DNA of 63,783 nucleotides, counting the filler, from Octopus bimaculoides (lineage: Eukaryota), in the NCBI RefSeq assembly GCF_001194135.2. It is 5 parts of 5 records of this genome, joined end to end, with 100 filler letters (N's around TTAATTAATTAA, not from the genome) between each part and the next. Parts side by side here need not be neighbours in the genome. Positions count along the whole stretch, not along the records: positions 1 to 29,491 come from NC_068990.1; positions 29,592 to 35,100 come from NC_068993.1; positions 35,201 to 57,350 come from NC_069008.1; 2 more parts are not named here. One strand, given 5' to 3'. The translations under genes and the position numbers were made by a program. Below the pieces are notes generated by a model. The model saw only the letters and a list, made by a program, of their open reading frames with translations. It was not told where the DNA came from and did not search any database. The number at the start of each line of letters is the position of its first letter. Within the stretch, counting starts at the first letter, position 1. Shown one piece after another: positions 29,100-40,770 of this stretch.

Positions 29100-29491
29100 T
29101 ATAAGCGCAAGCCTGAAATTTTGTGTGAGATGACGAGTCGATTTCATCATCGACCCCACCTTCTAATGCTCGACTAATATTGCCCCCGAAAGGGTGAAAA
29201 ACAAAGTCGACCTCGGCCGAATTTGAACGTCAACAATAACTGCAACAACAATTCGCAATTCAAATTGAATCATTCCTTAAGAAATAGATACCCCGTTTTA
29301 TATACTTTTCTACTCTGGACACAAGGTCCGAAATTTTGGGGGAGGGGTAGAGCCGATTAGATCGACCTCAGTACGCGACTGGTACTTAATTTATGGCCTC
29401 CCGAAAGGATAAAAGGCAAAGTCGACCTCGACGGACTTTGAACTCAAAACGTAAAGACAGATAAAATACCGAAGAGCATTTCACCAAGCGT
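29100..29491 (-). mobile_element. Two SINE family B copies (~29100-29230 and ~29305-29491)
   Basis: ccccgaaagggtgaaaa.caaagtcgacctcgg motif occurs twice. Confidence 0.75.
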
Positions 29492-29535
29492 NNNNNNNNN
29501 NNNNNNNNNNNNNNNNNNNNNNNNNNNNNNNNNNN

Positions 29536-29547
29536 TTAATTAATTAA
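29536..29547. other. Assembly gap marker TTAATTAATTAA (also 35145-35156, 57395-57406, 61409-61420)
   Basis: The 12-mer has stops in all six frames and is flanked by 44 N on each side (100-bp gap). Confidence 0.95.
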
Positions 29548-30262
29548 NNNNNNNNNNNNNNNNNNNNNNNNNNNNNNNNNNNNNNNNNNNNATATATATA
29601 TATATATACAGCTTTTATGTGCTTGTGTGCGTGAGTGTGTGTGATTAGTAAACTTTTACAAGGGAAATGTTGATTACTGTCTTCCAAGTTTAATAAACAT
29701 GTACTCAACGAGAAAACGTTGAGTAATTCTGCAGGTTAATGTTAAATGCTTATTATATATAACTGAACAAAAGAACTGGATGAATATATGTGGTGAACTG
29801 TATGTAGGGATTTTAAAAAATGGTCAGATATTCTCCTCATGTGACAGGCTCATAAGGCCGATTTTCTGATCTTCCGTGGTGTGTGTGTATTACCTCTATC
29901 CCTTCAACAGGACGCCAGTCCCTCGCAGGATTACTTAATTTCGATAGCTGAGTGGACTAGAGCAAGGTGAAAAAAAATTTCTTTACTTTTTTGGTTCAAG
30001 AACACAAAGCATCACCCGGTCCAGGAATCGAAACCTCAATCTTACTATCATGAACCACACGACTTCACGTATCTATGGATTACTCTGTTGTAATTATGCC
30101 TTCCTTGCGCACTTCACGACTCTGTATTGACGAGAACTAATATGTTGTGGACTAAATATCGAAACTATATAAATTCAATTTTATAGTGCGGGCAGCTGTG
30201 TCACAATGGGTGAAGCAGGTTTATTAATTAGATATATATGAGCCAATAAGAGATGAGGAATT

Positions 30263-30402
30263 ATGTACATTATTTACATTTTTTACATTTGACGGATATT
30301 TGTCCTCATCTTGTTTGGTGGGTATATCAGCCGAAACGTTGTGTTAACAAACAAGATGGGGACAAATATCCGTCAAAGGTAAATAATGTAAATAATGTAC
30401 AT
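30263..30402. repeat. Palindromic element (~54-bp arms) enclosing the 3' half of a minimal HHR
   Basis: atgtacattatttaca...gacggatatttgtcctcatcttgttt versus aaacaagatggggacaaatatccgtc...atgtacat; centre contains cagcc-GAAACGTT-gtgt (30328-30344). Confidence 0.7.
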
Positions 30403-31701
30403 TTGAGCCAAGTTACCACTGCTGACTGTTAGTATCATTAAGTAATGAAGTGAACGATGCGCTTGTAAACTTAAACGTATGTTTGTCCCTATATAGAGGC
30501 ACACATGTTTCTCCAAGCGTACATAGATATGTATGAGCATGTGAATGTGTCTGTGTACGTGTGTGAGAGAGTGTGAGTGTGTGTGTGTGAGTGTGTCTGT
30601 GTGTATGTGTGTATGTGTGCATTTGTGTGTGTGTGTGTGTGTTTGTGAGCAAACAATTATACATGAATGTTCTTAAACGCCGACGTAAGCAATCTATACG
30701 TTTCTGATATCCTAGAAACTGGCTCTGTATGACATGTGGAACGTTTAAGTATATATTAATTAAATACGGAAACATTAAGCATATTATACTAATTAAGGAT
30801 ATATATCGTGCTCAGTACCATAAGCAATGTGTACAAAGACACACATACTCGCACACTCGTGCGCGCACGCAGGGATAAATGCACGTATGCATAAGTGCAT
30901 GCACACACATACATATGTCTATAAATATATTAATATTTAAGGGTACTACAAATAACATCAGCACGCTAAACATAGCAGTCAGAAGATGACAAACAGATTT
31001 TCACTGACACACAATAATTTTTTACCTTATGGTATTTTTTTATGCATTCTATGCCACTTGATATTATTGTAAACAATAATATCCTTATATATATATATTT
31101 TACAATTTATTATTCACTACGATTACCTTTTAAAATTTGTTGCAGCATTAAAAACGGTCATCGCACATATTGACTGAGATGGGCAAGTTCTATGAACCTC
31201 GAGTCAGTAAAATCTGCTGATGAGAACTAAGTTTGAAATCGTGACGATACGGTATGTCTGGCTTTTCAGTTTGCGATCCATCTCGTTATTCTTACGGGGG
31301 TTTAAAATTTCTGCTCACTCGCCCGTTATCAATTAATGTGCATCAGTGAAAATGTGTAGTTGTAGTCGTCTTCTGACTGATATTTTTAGCGTGCTGGTGT
31401 TATTTTAGCACCCATAATTGTTAATTAATAATTTTTTACCTTATGGTAAAATGTGTTGTTGTAGTCGTCTTCAGACTGCTATGTTTAGCGTGCTGATGCT
31501 ATTTCAGGCACCCTTAATTACTGATATTTTTATACACATATGTATGTGTGTGTGCGTGTGTACGTATATGCACTTATGCATATATGCATTTATCTCTGTG
31601 TGCACCCGCGTGTGTGCGAGTATTTGTGTGTCTTTGTACATATTATTTTTTTACGCATGCTATGCCACTTGATATTATTGTAGACAACAATATTCATATT
31701 C

Positions 31702-31960
31702 TTTTACTTTCTTTAACTTGTTTCAGTCATTTGACTGTGGCCATGCTGGAGTGCCGACTTTAGTCGAGCAAATCGACCCCAGGACGTATTCTTTGTAAGC
31801 CTAGTGCTTATTCTATCGGTCTCTTTGCCGAACAGCAAAGTTACGGGACGTAAACACACCATCATCGGTTGTCAAGCGATGTTGGGGGGACAAACACAGA
31901 CACACAAACATATGCGTACACACACACACACACACGCACACACACACACACACACACATA
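31702..31960 (-). mobile_element. SINE family A, 3' half
   Basis: tttcagtcatttgactgtggccatgctggag...acaaacacagacacac. Confidence 0.85.
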
Positions 31961-32292
31961 TATATTGGATATGCGTTGGAGTGTCTATAACAACCTATCT
32001 ATAATGTTTGTAGGCTTTTTGGGTGCCTTGTATTTTTAAGGGTTTTTTGACATATATCTTTTTTATATTTTTGCATGTCCCACATGCTATTCCTTCATTT
32101 ATGTATTCTTTATTATTTTTTTTTTCCTGCTGTACCCTTATTTTTATTTTTATCTTTATTTTTATTTATATTTTGATTTTAATTTTATTTTTTATTTTTA
32201 TTTCTATCTTATTTTTGCTGCTGTTTTTCTTCTGGTCTCTACCACACCTCTGTTTTTACCTCTTGCTCTCCATTTGTATGAAACCCTTTGTG

Positions 32293-32421
32293 AATCTCTG
32301 AAGTGGCCTAGAGGTTCGGGCATGTAAACCCATTTCAAAATGTCATCCGATAATCACTCCGGAAAGGAATACTCGGATAGAATGGGGCTTGCTAATTCTA
32401 GGCCGAAACATCTGTAAGATT
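32293..32421 (+). ncRNA. Type I hammerhead ribozyme with 84-nt loop II, A9>U
   Basis: Stem I AATCT/AGATT; CTGAAGT; stem II GGCCTAGA/TCTAGGCC (8 bp); GAAAC-ATCT-GTA; loop and flanks homologous to 37406-37541. Confidence 0.65.
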
Positions 32422-32939
32422 AAACTTCTGTTCATCCTCTAATTCCTTATGTAATTTGTACTTCTATATGTAAACCATGTTGGCAAAATAACATAGTCTG
32501 CCATAGACACCTGTGCTTTGGTTCTTTCTTTCTTTTTCTTTTCTTCCTTTTTTTGTCACTTTTGCTATGAATTAAATTAATGAATTCAACGGGATACACC
32601 GTCTGCAAGTAGTTGGGTTCAGCATATTATCCTCCATTTTCTAATTGTTACACAAATTTTGGGTAAAACCTCCACTTTTACCTGCTCCCATTGATTGCAC
32701 CTAGTATAGNNNNNNNNNNNNNNNNNNNNNNNNNNNNNNNNNNNNNNNNNNNNNNNNNNNNNNNNNNNNNNNNNNNNNNNNNNNNNNNNNNNNNNNNNNN
32801 NNNNNNNNNNNNNNNNNNNNNNNNNNNNNNNNNNNNNNNNNNNNNNNNNTATATATATATATATATATACACGTATACGTCGGGCTTCTTTCAGTTTCCG
32901 TCTACCAAATCCATTCACAAGTCTTTGGTAGGCCCGAGG

Positions 32940-32974
<35 letters not shown>

Positions 32975-32975
<1 letters not shown>

Positions 32976-33480
32976 AGTAAAGACAGACGAAATACCGCTA
33001 AGAATTTCGCCCGGCGTGCTAACGTTTCTTATTTCTTTACTGCCCACAAGGGGCTACACACAGAGGGGACAAACAGGGACAGACAAACGGATTAAGTCGA
33101 TTATATCGACTGCAGTGCGTAACTGGTACTTATTTAATTGACCCCGAAAGTCGACCTCGGCGGAATTTGAACTGAGAACTTAGCGGCAGACGCACTATCG
33201 CTAAGCATTTCGCCGGGCGTGCTAACGTTTATGCCAGCTCGCTGTCTTAATGACTATTATTATCAAGGGTGTGAGCTAGCAGAATCGTTAGCACACCGGT
33301 TAAAATGTGCAGCGGAATTTCGTCCGACTTCATTTCTGATTTCAAATTCCGTCGAGCCCGACTCTTGTCTTTCATCCTTTCGGAGTTGACAAAATGATTA
33401 CCAGTTGAATACTGGGGTCGATGTAATTGACTTACCTCTTCCACCGAGCTTGCTCGTGTCATGCGAAAATTTGAAACCGT
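32975..33480. mobile_element. Head-to-head pair of SINE family B copies (32975-33242 minus, 33269-33480 plus)
   Basis: Heads gcgagctggca...cgttagcacg face away from each other across a ~27-bp spacer. Confidence 0.85.
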
Positions 33481-34074
33481 TATGATCTTCCTTATCATCA
33501 TCATCATTACCATCGTATCTTCATTAATATTAATCCTTCTTGGTAAGTAATATATTTGAACAACTGAATTAAAATAATAACAGTCCTTAGCTCGCTGCTA
33601 CATTCATCCATCACTTTTGAAAGCTATAACTATATTGATCTTTACGAATCACAGTTAAACCACATTATCTTAATTTTATTTATGAGGATCAACAAACTTT
33701 GTCAAAACAATAACACTCAACTTTCCCAATGTTTTTATGATAAATTAACGCCTCGATACTTGACCTCATCTCCTTATTTACCTTCTATACTTCTTCCTTT
33801 CTATCCTTCTTTCTTTCTTTCTTTCTTTCTTTGTTTCTTCCTTTCTTTGCTTTCCCCACCTTCCATTTATCCCCCACTCTTAACACTTATGTATCTCCAT
33901 CACTTAGTAGCTTCCCTTCACATCCAGCCCTTAAAAATCCAGTTGCAATTTGAAAAATGATGGACGAAAGAGAAAATGTTTAATATGAATTAATCCATTT
34001 TCCTCCCCTTCTGCATCCCTCTCCTCTTCCTCTTTTGTCCTTTCTTCTCCTTCCATCTCCTTTTTCTGTCTTCC

Positions 34075-34576
34075 TCTTCCTCTTCTTCTTCTTCTTCTTC
34101 TTCTTCTTCTTCTTCTTCTTCTTCTTCTTCTTCTTCTTCTTCTTCTTCTTCTTCTTCTTNNNNNNNNNNNNNNNNNNNNNNNNNNNNNNNNNNNNNNNNN
34201 NNNNNNNNNNNNNNNNNNNNNNNNNNNNNNNNNNNNNNNNNNNNNNNNNNNNNNNNNNNNNNNNNNNNNNNNNNNNNNNNNNNNNNNNNNNNNNNNNNNN
34301 NNNNNNNNNNNNNNNNNNNNNNNNNNNNNNNNNNNNNNNNNNNNNNNNNNNNNNNNNNNNNNNNNNNNNNNNNNNNNNNNNNNNNNNNNNNNNNNNNNNN
34401 NNNNNNNNNNNNNNNNNNNNNNNNNNNNNNNNNNNNNNNNNNNNNNNNNNNNNNNNNNNNNNNNNNNNNNNNNNNNNNNNNNNNNNNNNNNNNNNNNNNN
34501 TCTTCTTCTTCTTCTTCTTCTTCTTCTTCTTCTTCTTCTTCTTCTTCTTCTTCTTCTTCTTCTTCTTCTTCTTCTT

Positions 34577-34607
<31 letters not shown>
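34075..34607. repeat. (CTT)n microsatellite spanning a gap
   Basis: Direct reading. Confidence 0.95.
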
Positions 34608-34863
34608 TTTTTCTCACCATCATCCTTCTTTCCTGTTGTCACTGAAATTCGAAGTGTATACTACTTCAAAGCCTTACAGTTTAAAACTCCACCCTGAAAA
34701 TATTCTAACCTTTTATTAAACATTCAACAACTGCGATTCTAATCTTTCATTCTTTTGACAATATCGTCTGACTGAGTCAGCCCTAGGTTTTAGCAAAACA
34801 ATTTCTTAATATTTATTCTGGGCGTATTAACGCCTCTACTACTTTGATACCTTTACACACACA

Positions 34864-34898
<35 letters not shown>

Positions 34899-35059
34899 TA
34901 TATACACACACACGCACAAACGCACACACACATACACACAAACACGTGCACACACATATACCTGTATATATGTCTGTGTGTATCTATATATATATACATA
35001 TATGCATATATATATATAAATACATATATATACATATATATACATACATATATATATAT

Positions 35060-35100
<41 letters not shown>

Positions 35101-36424
35101 NNNNNNNNNNNNNNNNNNNNNNNNNNNNNNNNNNNNNNNNNNNNTTAATTAATTAANNNNNNNNNNNNNNNNNNNNNNNNNNNNNNNNNNNNNNNNNNNN
35201 ATACATATATACATGTTCACATGCATATATATAAACATACTTGCACAAATACACACATGTATTTATTTGTCTAGAGTAAAAAAGAGAGACAGAGAAAGAC
35301 AGAAAAAAAAATATCCCTTGTATTTGAAAACTATTGAAATATTTAAAAATACATTTAATTTAATTTTCCCACAATTCAATTGTTTTTCATGCTTTACTCT
35401 AAGTTGAAAGAGTCACAAAGACTGAAATTGGTATTAAAATGTTCTTCATGATAAAATTATTTTAGCATTTTCTACCTTATCTTATTTTCCTTTTACATAT
35501 CAACACATGTGTTCCTTTTCAACCTTCTACACACACACACACACACACGCGCGTATGTATGTATGTATTCATTCTATAGAAGCTGAAAACACTTCAGAAA
35601 CACAAACTAGTTCCACATGAACAATCATCACACAGAAGCTACGTTTTGGAACTAGAAATTAGTTTATAAATGGGGCAAAGATAATTATTTTATAAGTTAA
35701 CAAATAAACATTCAAAGCACATTGGACATAAAGTGATGACTTGAAAAATTAATAGAATCTGCAGAATAATACAACTGAGCATTGATGAATGAGACTAAAG
35801 ATTAAAAAGAAAAGTTGAAAAGAACTAAACAACACAATTCATGTACGTACATGGTGAGGGCTACAATAAGTACAGTTTTTCTTTAATTTTTTTTTCTATC
35901 AGATAGTTTTTTTTTTTGCTGCAATCATTATAATTATTACAAGGTGATAGTGGTGGTGGTGGCAATGATGGCAGTGGTGATGATGATGACAATGATGATT
36001 ATGATTGTGACCAATACGGTCTCTGTCTCAGAATTAAGATAATGTCATTGTTGGTGGGGTGATGATGATGATGATGATGATGATGGTGAATGTGATGGGG
36101 AGAAGGATATTTATAATTATATACTCACCACACATTCTGAAATATCAAAGTATATAAAATTGATCTGAATTTATTTGTTAAGAAATCTTTTGGGAATGAC
36201 AGTTTTGAATTCAAATTTCCTCTGCAGTAATATCATGGAATGACTTCTACAAATAGTTGCAGTTTGCCAATGACTAGCAAGTGTATTTTAGTGACAAAAA
36301 ACTGGGTGAGGCTTATTGAAAGAAGAAAGAAAGGAAGATAGATAGACAGACAAATAAAAATAGATGTGTGTGTCTGTGCAAGTATGTTTGTATATATGCA
36401 TGTGAACATGTGTATATATATATA

Positions 36425-37040
36425 GTTTTAGGGAAAAGAACCAAGGTTCATGAACTCATCGATGAAAATCCACTGTCACATATTGAAAAATTAATAATTA
36501 AAAGCACAATAAATAAATATAATATAATACAAAGTAAATATCATAAGATAATGATAATAAAACGACTACACGTGTTTCATAACCAATTTTCAAGTAGAAA
36601 GAATATTTAAATCGATTAAAACTATCGAAAATCAATTCTATTTAAACATATAGCTAATCTTCAGGTCAAAATACAACAATAATAATAATAAAAGAATGTA
36701 TATATCAACTAACAATAAATAACAAATGAATGTATATAAAAATACCTATTATATTAAGATAGAAAAATATTATTAAAAATATCAAAATTATAAACGTTTC
36801 ATAATCAACCCTACGTCCATTATAATACAATCTAACAGGAATATTATATGCGATTTAAATATTCTTTCTATTTGAAAATTGGTTATGAAACACGTGTAGT
36901 CGTTTTATTATCATTATCTTATGATATTTACTTTGTATTATATTATACTTATTTATTGTGCTTTTACTTATTAATTTTTCTATATGTGACAGTGGATTTT
37001 CATCGATGATTTCATGAACCTTGGTTCTTTTCCCTAAAAC
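36425..37040. mobile_element. Foldback/MITE with 190-bp TIRs inserted in (TA)n
   Basis: Arms 36425-36614 and 36851-37040 differ at about 5 positions; AT-rich 236-bp core. Confidence 0.85.
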
Positions 37041-37150
37041 TATATACATATATATATATATATTATACTGTGAAACTTAATTTTATTTTATTTTTTAATA
37101 ATTTGAATTTACTTGAGTTTTTACCTGTAAATTTGGATTTTTATCCCAAA

Positions 37151-37205
<55 letters not shown>

Positions 37206-37405
37206 CATATATATATAGCAATAAGAAAATGGAGGGGAATATGAGGTACTCATCAACTTGCAGATACTGTATTCCGTTGATTAATCTGTTTATTTTATAA
37301 CTAAATTGACAAAAAACACAATATACAGGCACTTATGACATACCATGTTATATCAACAATTAGGATTTCAAATTTAAAGGACATTTAGCAATTGGAGAAG
37401 GGACA

Positions 37406-37541
37406 AAATCTTACGGCTGTTTCGGCCTAGCGTTGGCATGCCCCATTCTATCTCTATAGCTCCCGTACGCTGGAGTAATTAGTAGATGAGAATGATGTAA
37501 TGGGGGTACATGCACAATTTTCTAGGCCTCTTCAGAGATTT
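37406..37541 (-). ncRNA. Type I hammerhead ribozyme with 91-nt loop II, intact core
   Basis: Minus strand: stem I AAATCT/AGATTT; CTGAAGA; stem II GGCCTAG/CTAGGCC (7 bp); GAAAC-AGCC-GTA. Confidence 0.7.
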
Positions 37542-37790
37542 ACAAAATTCAATACAAATATAAATAAAATATAATATAAAAATATAAGGCACATAAAAAA
37601 GCCTATAAAAAGTATATAAAACCATATAAATAGTTATAAAAACTCCAATATACATGCCTATATACATTACCATATGCAGATATACATGGACACAACAACA
37701 TAACTACATGAGTACATATATGTGCTCAGATGCACATACACAGATGGCTGCACGTAGTTCATATATTTGAAAAACAAGCATACTCTAAAA

Positions 37791-40742
37791 CAGTGTTTTC
37801 CAAACTGTGCGTCACAACACATTAGTGTGTCACCAGGTATGTCGCAAACATACAGGAAACCTTTATATAAAATACCTAATACCAGTTTGTTTCAGCTCTT
37901 CTGAATCTGTTTGTTAGCATAAAAAATATGTCAATGTATGTACCTACTGGCTATCATTTCCCACTTAATGTTTGAAGGAGATCTTAAAAAAAAAAGAAAA
38001 AAGGCACAAGTAATCTTTAGTATACAATGCTCATTTTCATTGTATTTTATTCAGTGTAAAAGAATGAACATATTGCAAGTGCTACTCTCTTGTCCAAAGT
38101 AAATTGAAAATCAATTACAAATTTTCATATCCGCACTTGTTTCAGTGAGCGAAACACACTGGAATTGCTTTCAAATTGCCTAAAGTTATTGCTCACCTAT
38201 ACTGGTATCACCCATTACTGAGGGTGAACTAATAATTATGAGATCCCATTAAACTCATGCTACACTTGCCCCTTGTTCATCAGTCTTACAGGCTTATCCC
38301 TAGGAATCGGGTGTTCTAATTAAGTGCAATGTGCCATTTCTTATTTTATCGTGCTTAGTGCTGCTAATATTAATTACATGTTTGGTTATAATTTTATAAT
38401 AAATCAGCTTAGTTTTATTCATAAATTGTAATTAAATTATCCAAAAATTAGATAAGTTCTTAATTAAGAAAAGAAAAATTGCAGAAGATGACATTTCCAA
38501 TGAACAAAATTTAACAGCTGTGAAGGAAACCACTCAAACAACTGTTGAACAATCTGCCTCAGTGAGTGGGAAGGTCACAGGAAAAATTTTTAAGTCTTGT
38601 TTATACATCAAAGATTATATAAAACTGGGCTTCGTATTTTCTGGAAATGAAAATAACCCTAGTCCCCTGTGTTTAGTTTGTGGGGATATGCTTGCAAATG
38701 AAAGTATGGTACCAAACAAATTAAAGCATCATTTCAGCATTAGGCCCGGAAATTTGTCAACAAAACCAGTGAAATACTTCATTGAACTTTCAAAATCTCT
38801 AAAAAAAGCAGTCATCAATGTTCATAAAGAGAATGAAGAGATCAGACAAAGCTCAAGAGGCCAAAAACATGGGACAACATAATATTGCTGAAAGTACAAT
38901 AAAGGAATCTTGTGCTATTGTTCAAACAATGTTTGGACCAGAATTTGAGATAGAAGTTAATAAAATTCTTCTGGCAGATGACACAAATGCAAGATGAATT
39001 CAAGATGTGTCTGATAACATTAAGCTGTAAATGAAGGATATTTTTCAAGATAATAACATGATATTTGCATTGCAGTTAGAAGAATCAACAGATGTCAGTA
39101 GGTTAATGACTGAACTATTGAACAATTCTTGTACTGTCTAGAACTTCCATTTAGAACTAGAGGTAAAGACAATTTTGAAGCTTTAAATTCCTTCATGGAG
39201 GAAAATAATTTGTTATGGTTAAACTGTGTAGAAATATGCACAGATGGTGCACCCTCAATGGCAGGTTTAGTAAAAGGTTTTACAACTTTAGCAAAAAAAG
39301 AGAGTACACATATTATAATTACTCATTGTTTTTGCATCATGAAGCACTAATTGCACAAAATGCTGGAAATAATTTATGAAGGGTTATAAATGAAGTGGTC
39401 AAATGATCAATTACATCAAAAGCAGACCTCTTAAATCAAGATTATTTGCTCATATTTGTAAAGAAATGGGAGCAAATTTCAAGAAACTGCTATTATGCAC
39501 ACAGTTTGTTATCTTTCAAAACGTTGTGTGCTTTGTCGTGTATACGAATTGAGAGAAATGATGCTTAAACTTTTTGAAGAAAATTAATAGAATGAATTCC
39601 ATGATCTGATTCAAGATGAACCAAGTTAGCATATCTTTTGGACATATTTGAACATTTGAATAAAATTAGCACAGGTTTGCAGGGAAAAGCAGAAAATATC
39701 TTAACATCGGCTGATAAAATTTGTGCTATGAGAGACAACATAATTTAGAAACACAAAGTAAAAGAAAGAAATTTTGAAATGTTATCCAAAACTTGTGAGT
39801 ATGAACTAAAATGTGAGATCAGCTTGTTAATTGTTGACCATTTAACATTGCTATGAGAAAAACATAATTACTATTTTCCAAATTTTGAAATCGAAAACTA
39901 CAGTCGGATCATAAATCCACTTCTTGCAACTGCAATGATTGATTTTTCACTGAAAAAGAAGAACTTAGCCGAAATCAAGAATGATCAGTGTCTGTTATTG
40001 ATTTATGAAGAGGGGAACTTACAGAACTTTTGGATTTGTATTTCAAAGAAGCATCCAAACCCAGCTAAAAAAGCTTTACAAATTCTTTTGCAGTTTTCTA
40101 CTACATACATTTGTGAAGCATCTTTTTCAACAATGCTAAACTTAAAGACATCAAAACATGGAAACTTGAAAATGCTTAATAGTGAAATGCAAGTATCATT
40201 ATCTACTATTCCACCAAAATCTCTGTTCTTCCCATCACTGAAATAGTAAGAATATTGAGTTGTATTTAATAACCAGTTGATCTAGCAAGCGGGGCCTCAT
40301 ATCAGTATATCAGTGAGTGGGGCCGCTGCACATTGATGCCATCGAGAGATAGGCCCTGAAATGGTGTGCATTCTCTCCTGATGACCCCATACACTTGCTG
40401 GCTTCAGGTATTCAAAGTTCTCAACTGCTAGCACTTGCATGTGCAAGTTGTTTGCAAAACATCATGCACATATTTACAGATTATTATCGATTAATGATAA
40501 CTCACATTTCTCTTGAAAATGTATTTTATTTTGCTTACAAATTATATATTTATAAAATATAAATGAAAGGTTTTCTCGACGTGTTCTACTATTAAAATTA
40601 ATTTGTGCATCAGCATCTTATAGCCATAGTCGATCATATTAAAATAATTAACGTTAGGTTTGCATAAAACTTAATTGGTATCTTGCTAAATTATTTATGT
40701 TTAAAAAGTGTGTCACAAACCAGAAGAGTTTGGAATACACTG
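37791..40742 (+). mobile_element. hAT transposon, Buster/Charlie type, full-length and degenerate
   Basis: 16-bp TIRs cagtgttttccaaact / cagtgtattccaaact; perfect 8-bp TSD CTCTAAAA (37783-90 and 40743-50) with central TA. Confidence 0.95.
38520..40246 (+). pseudogene. hAT (ZBED5/Buster-like) transposase, many stops and frameshifts
   Basis: YIKLGF...PLCLVCGDMLANESMVPNKLKHH; ICTDGAPSMAG; THCF; ALQILLQFSTTYICEASFSTM dimerisation motif. Confidence 0.9.
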
Positions 40743-40770
40743 CTCTAAAACATTAGAACAGGAATACATT

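Noticed and set aside
29536-29547. Repeated TTAATTAATTAA motif (4 copies)
   Set aside because: Synthetic six-frame-stop gap marker centred in 100-bp gaps; not biological. Adjacency across these gaps is uncertain.
30127-30178. TTGACGAG...TCGAAAC motif
   Set aside because: Needs several changes to fold; may be chance.
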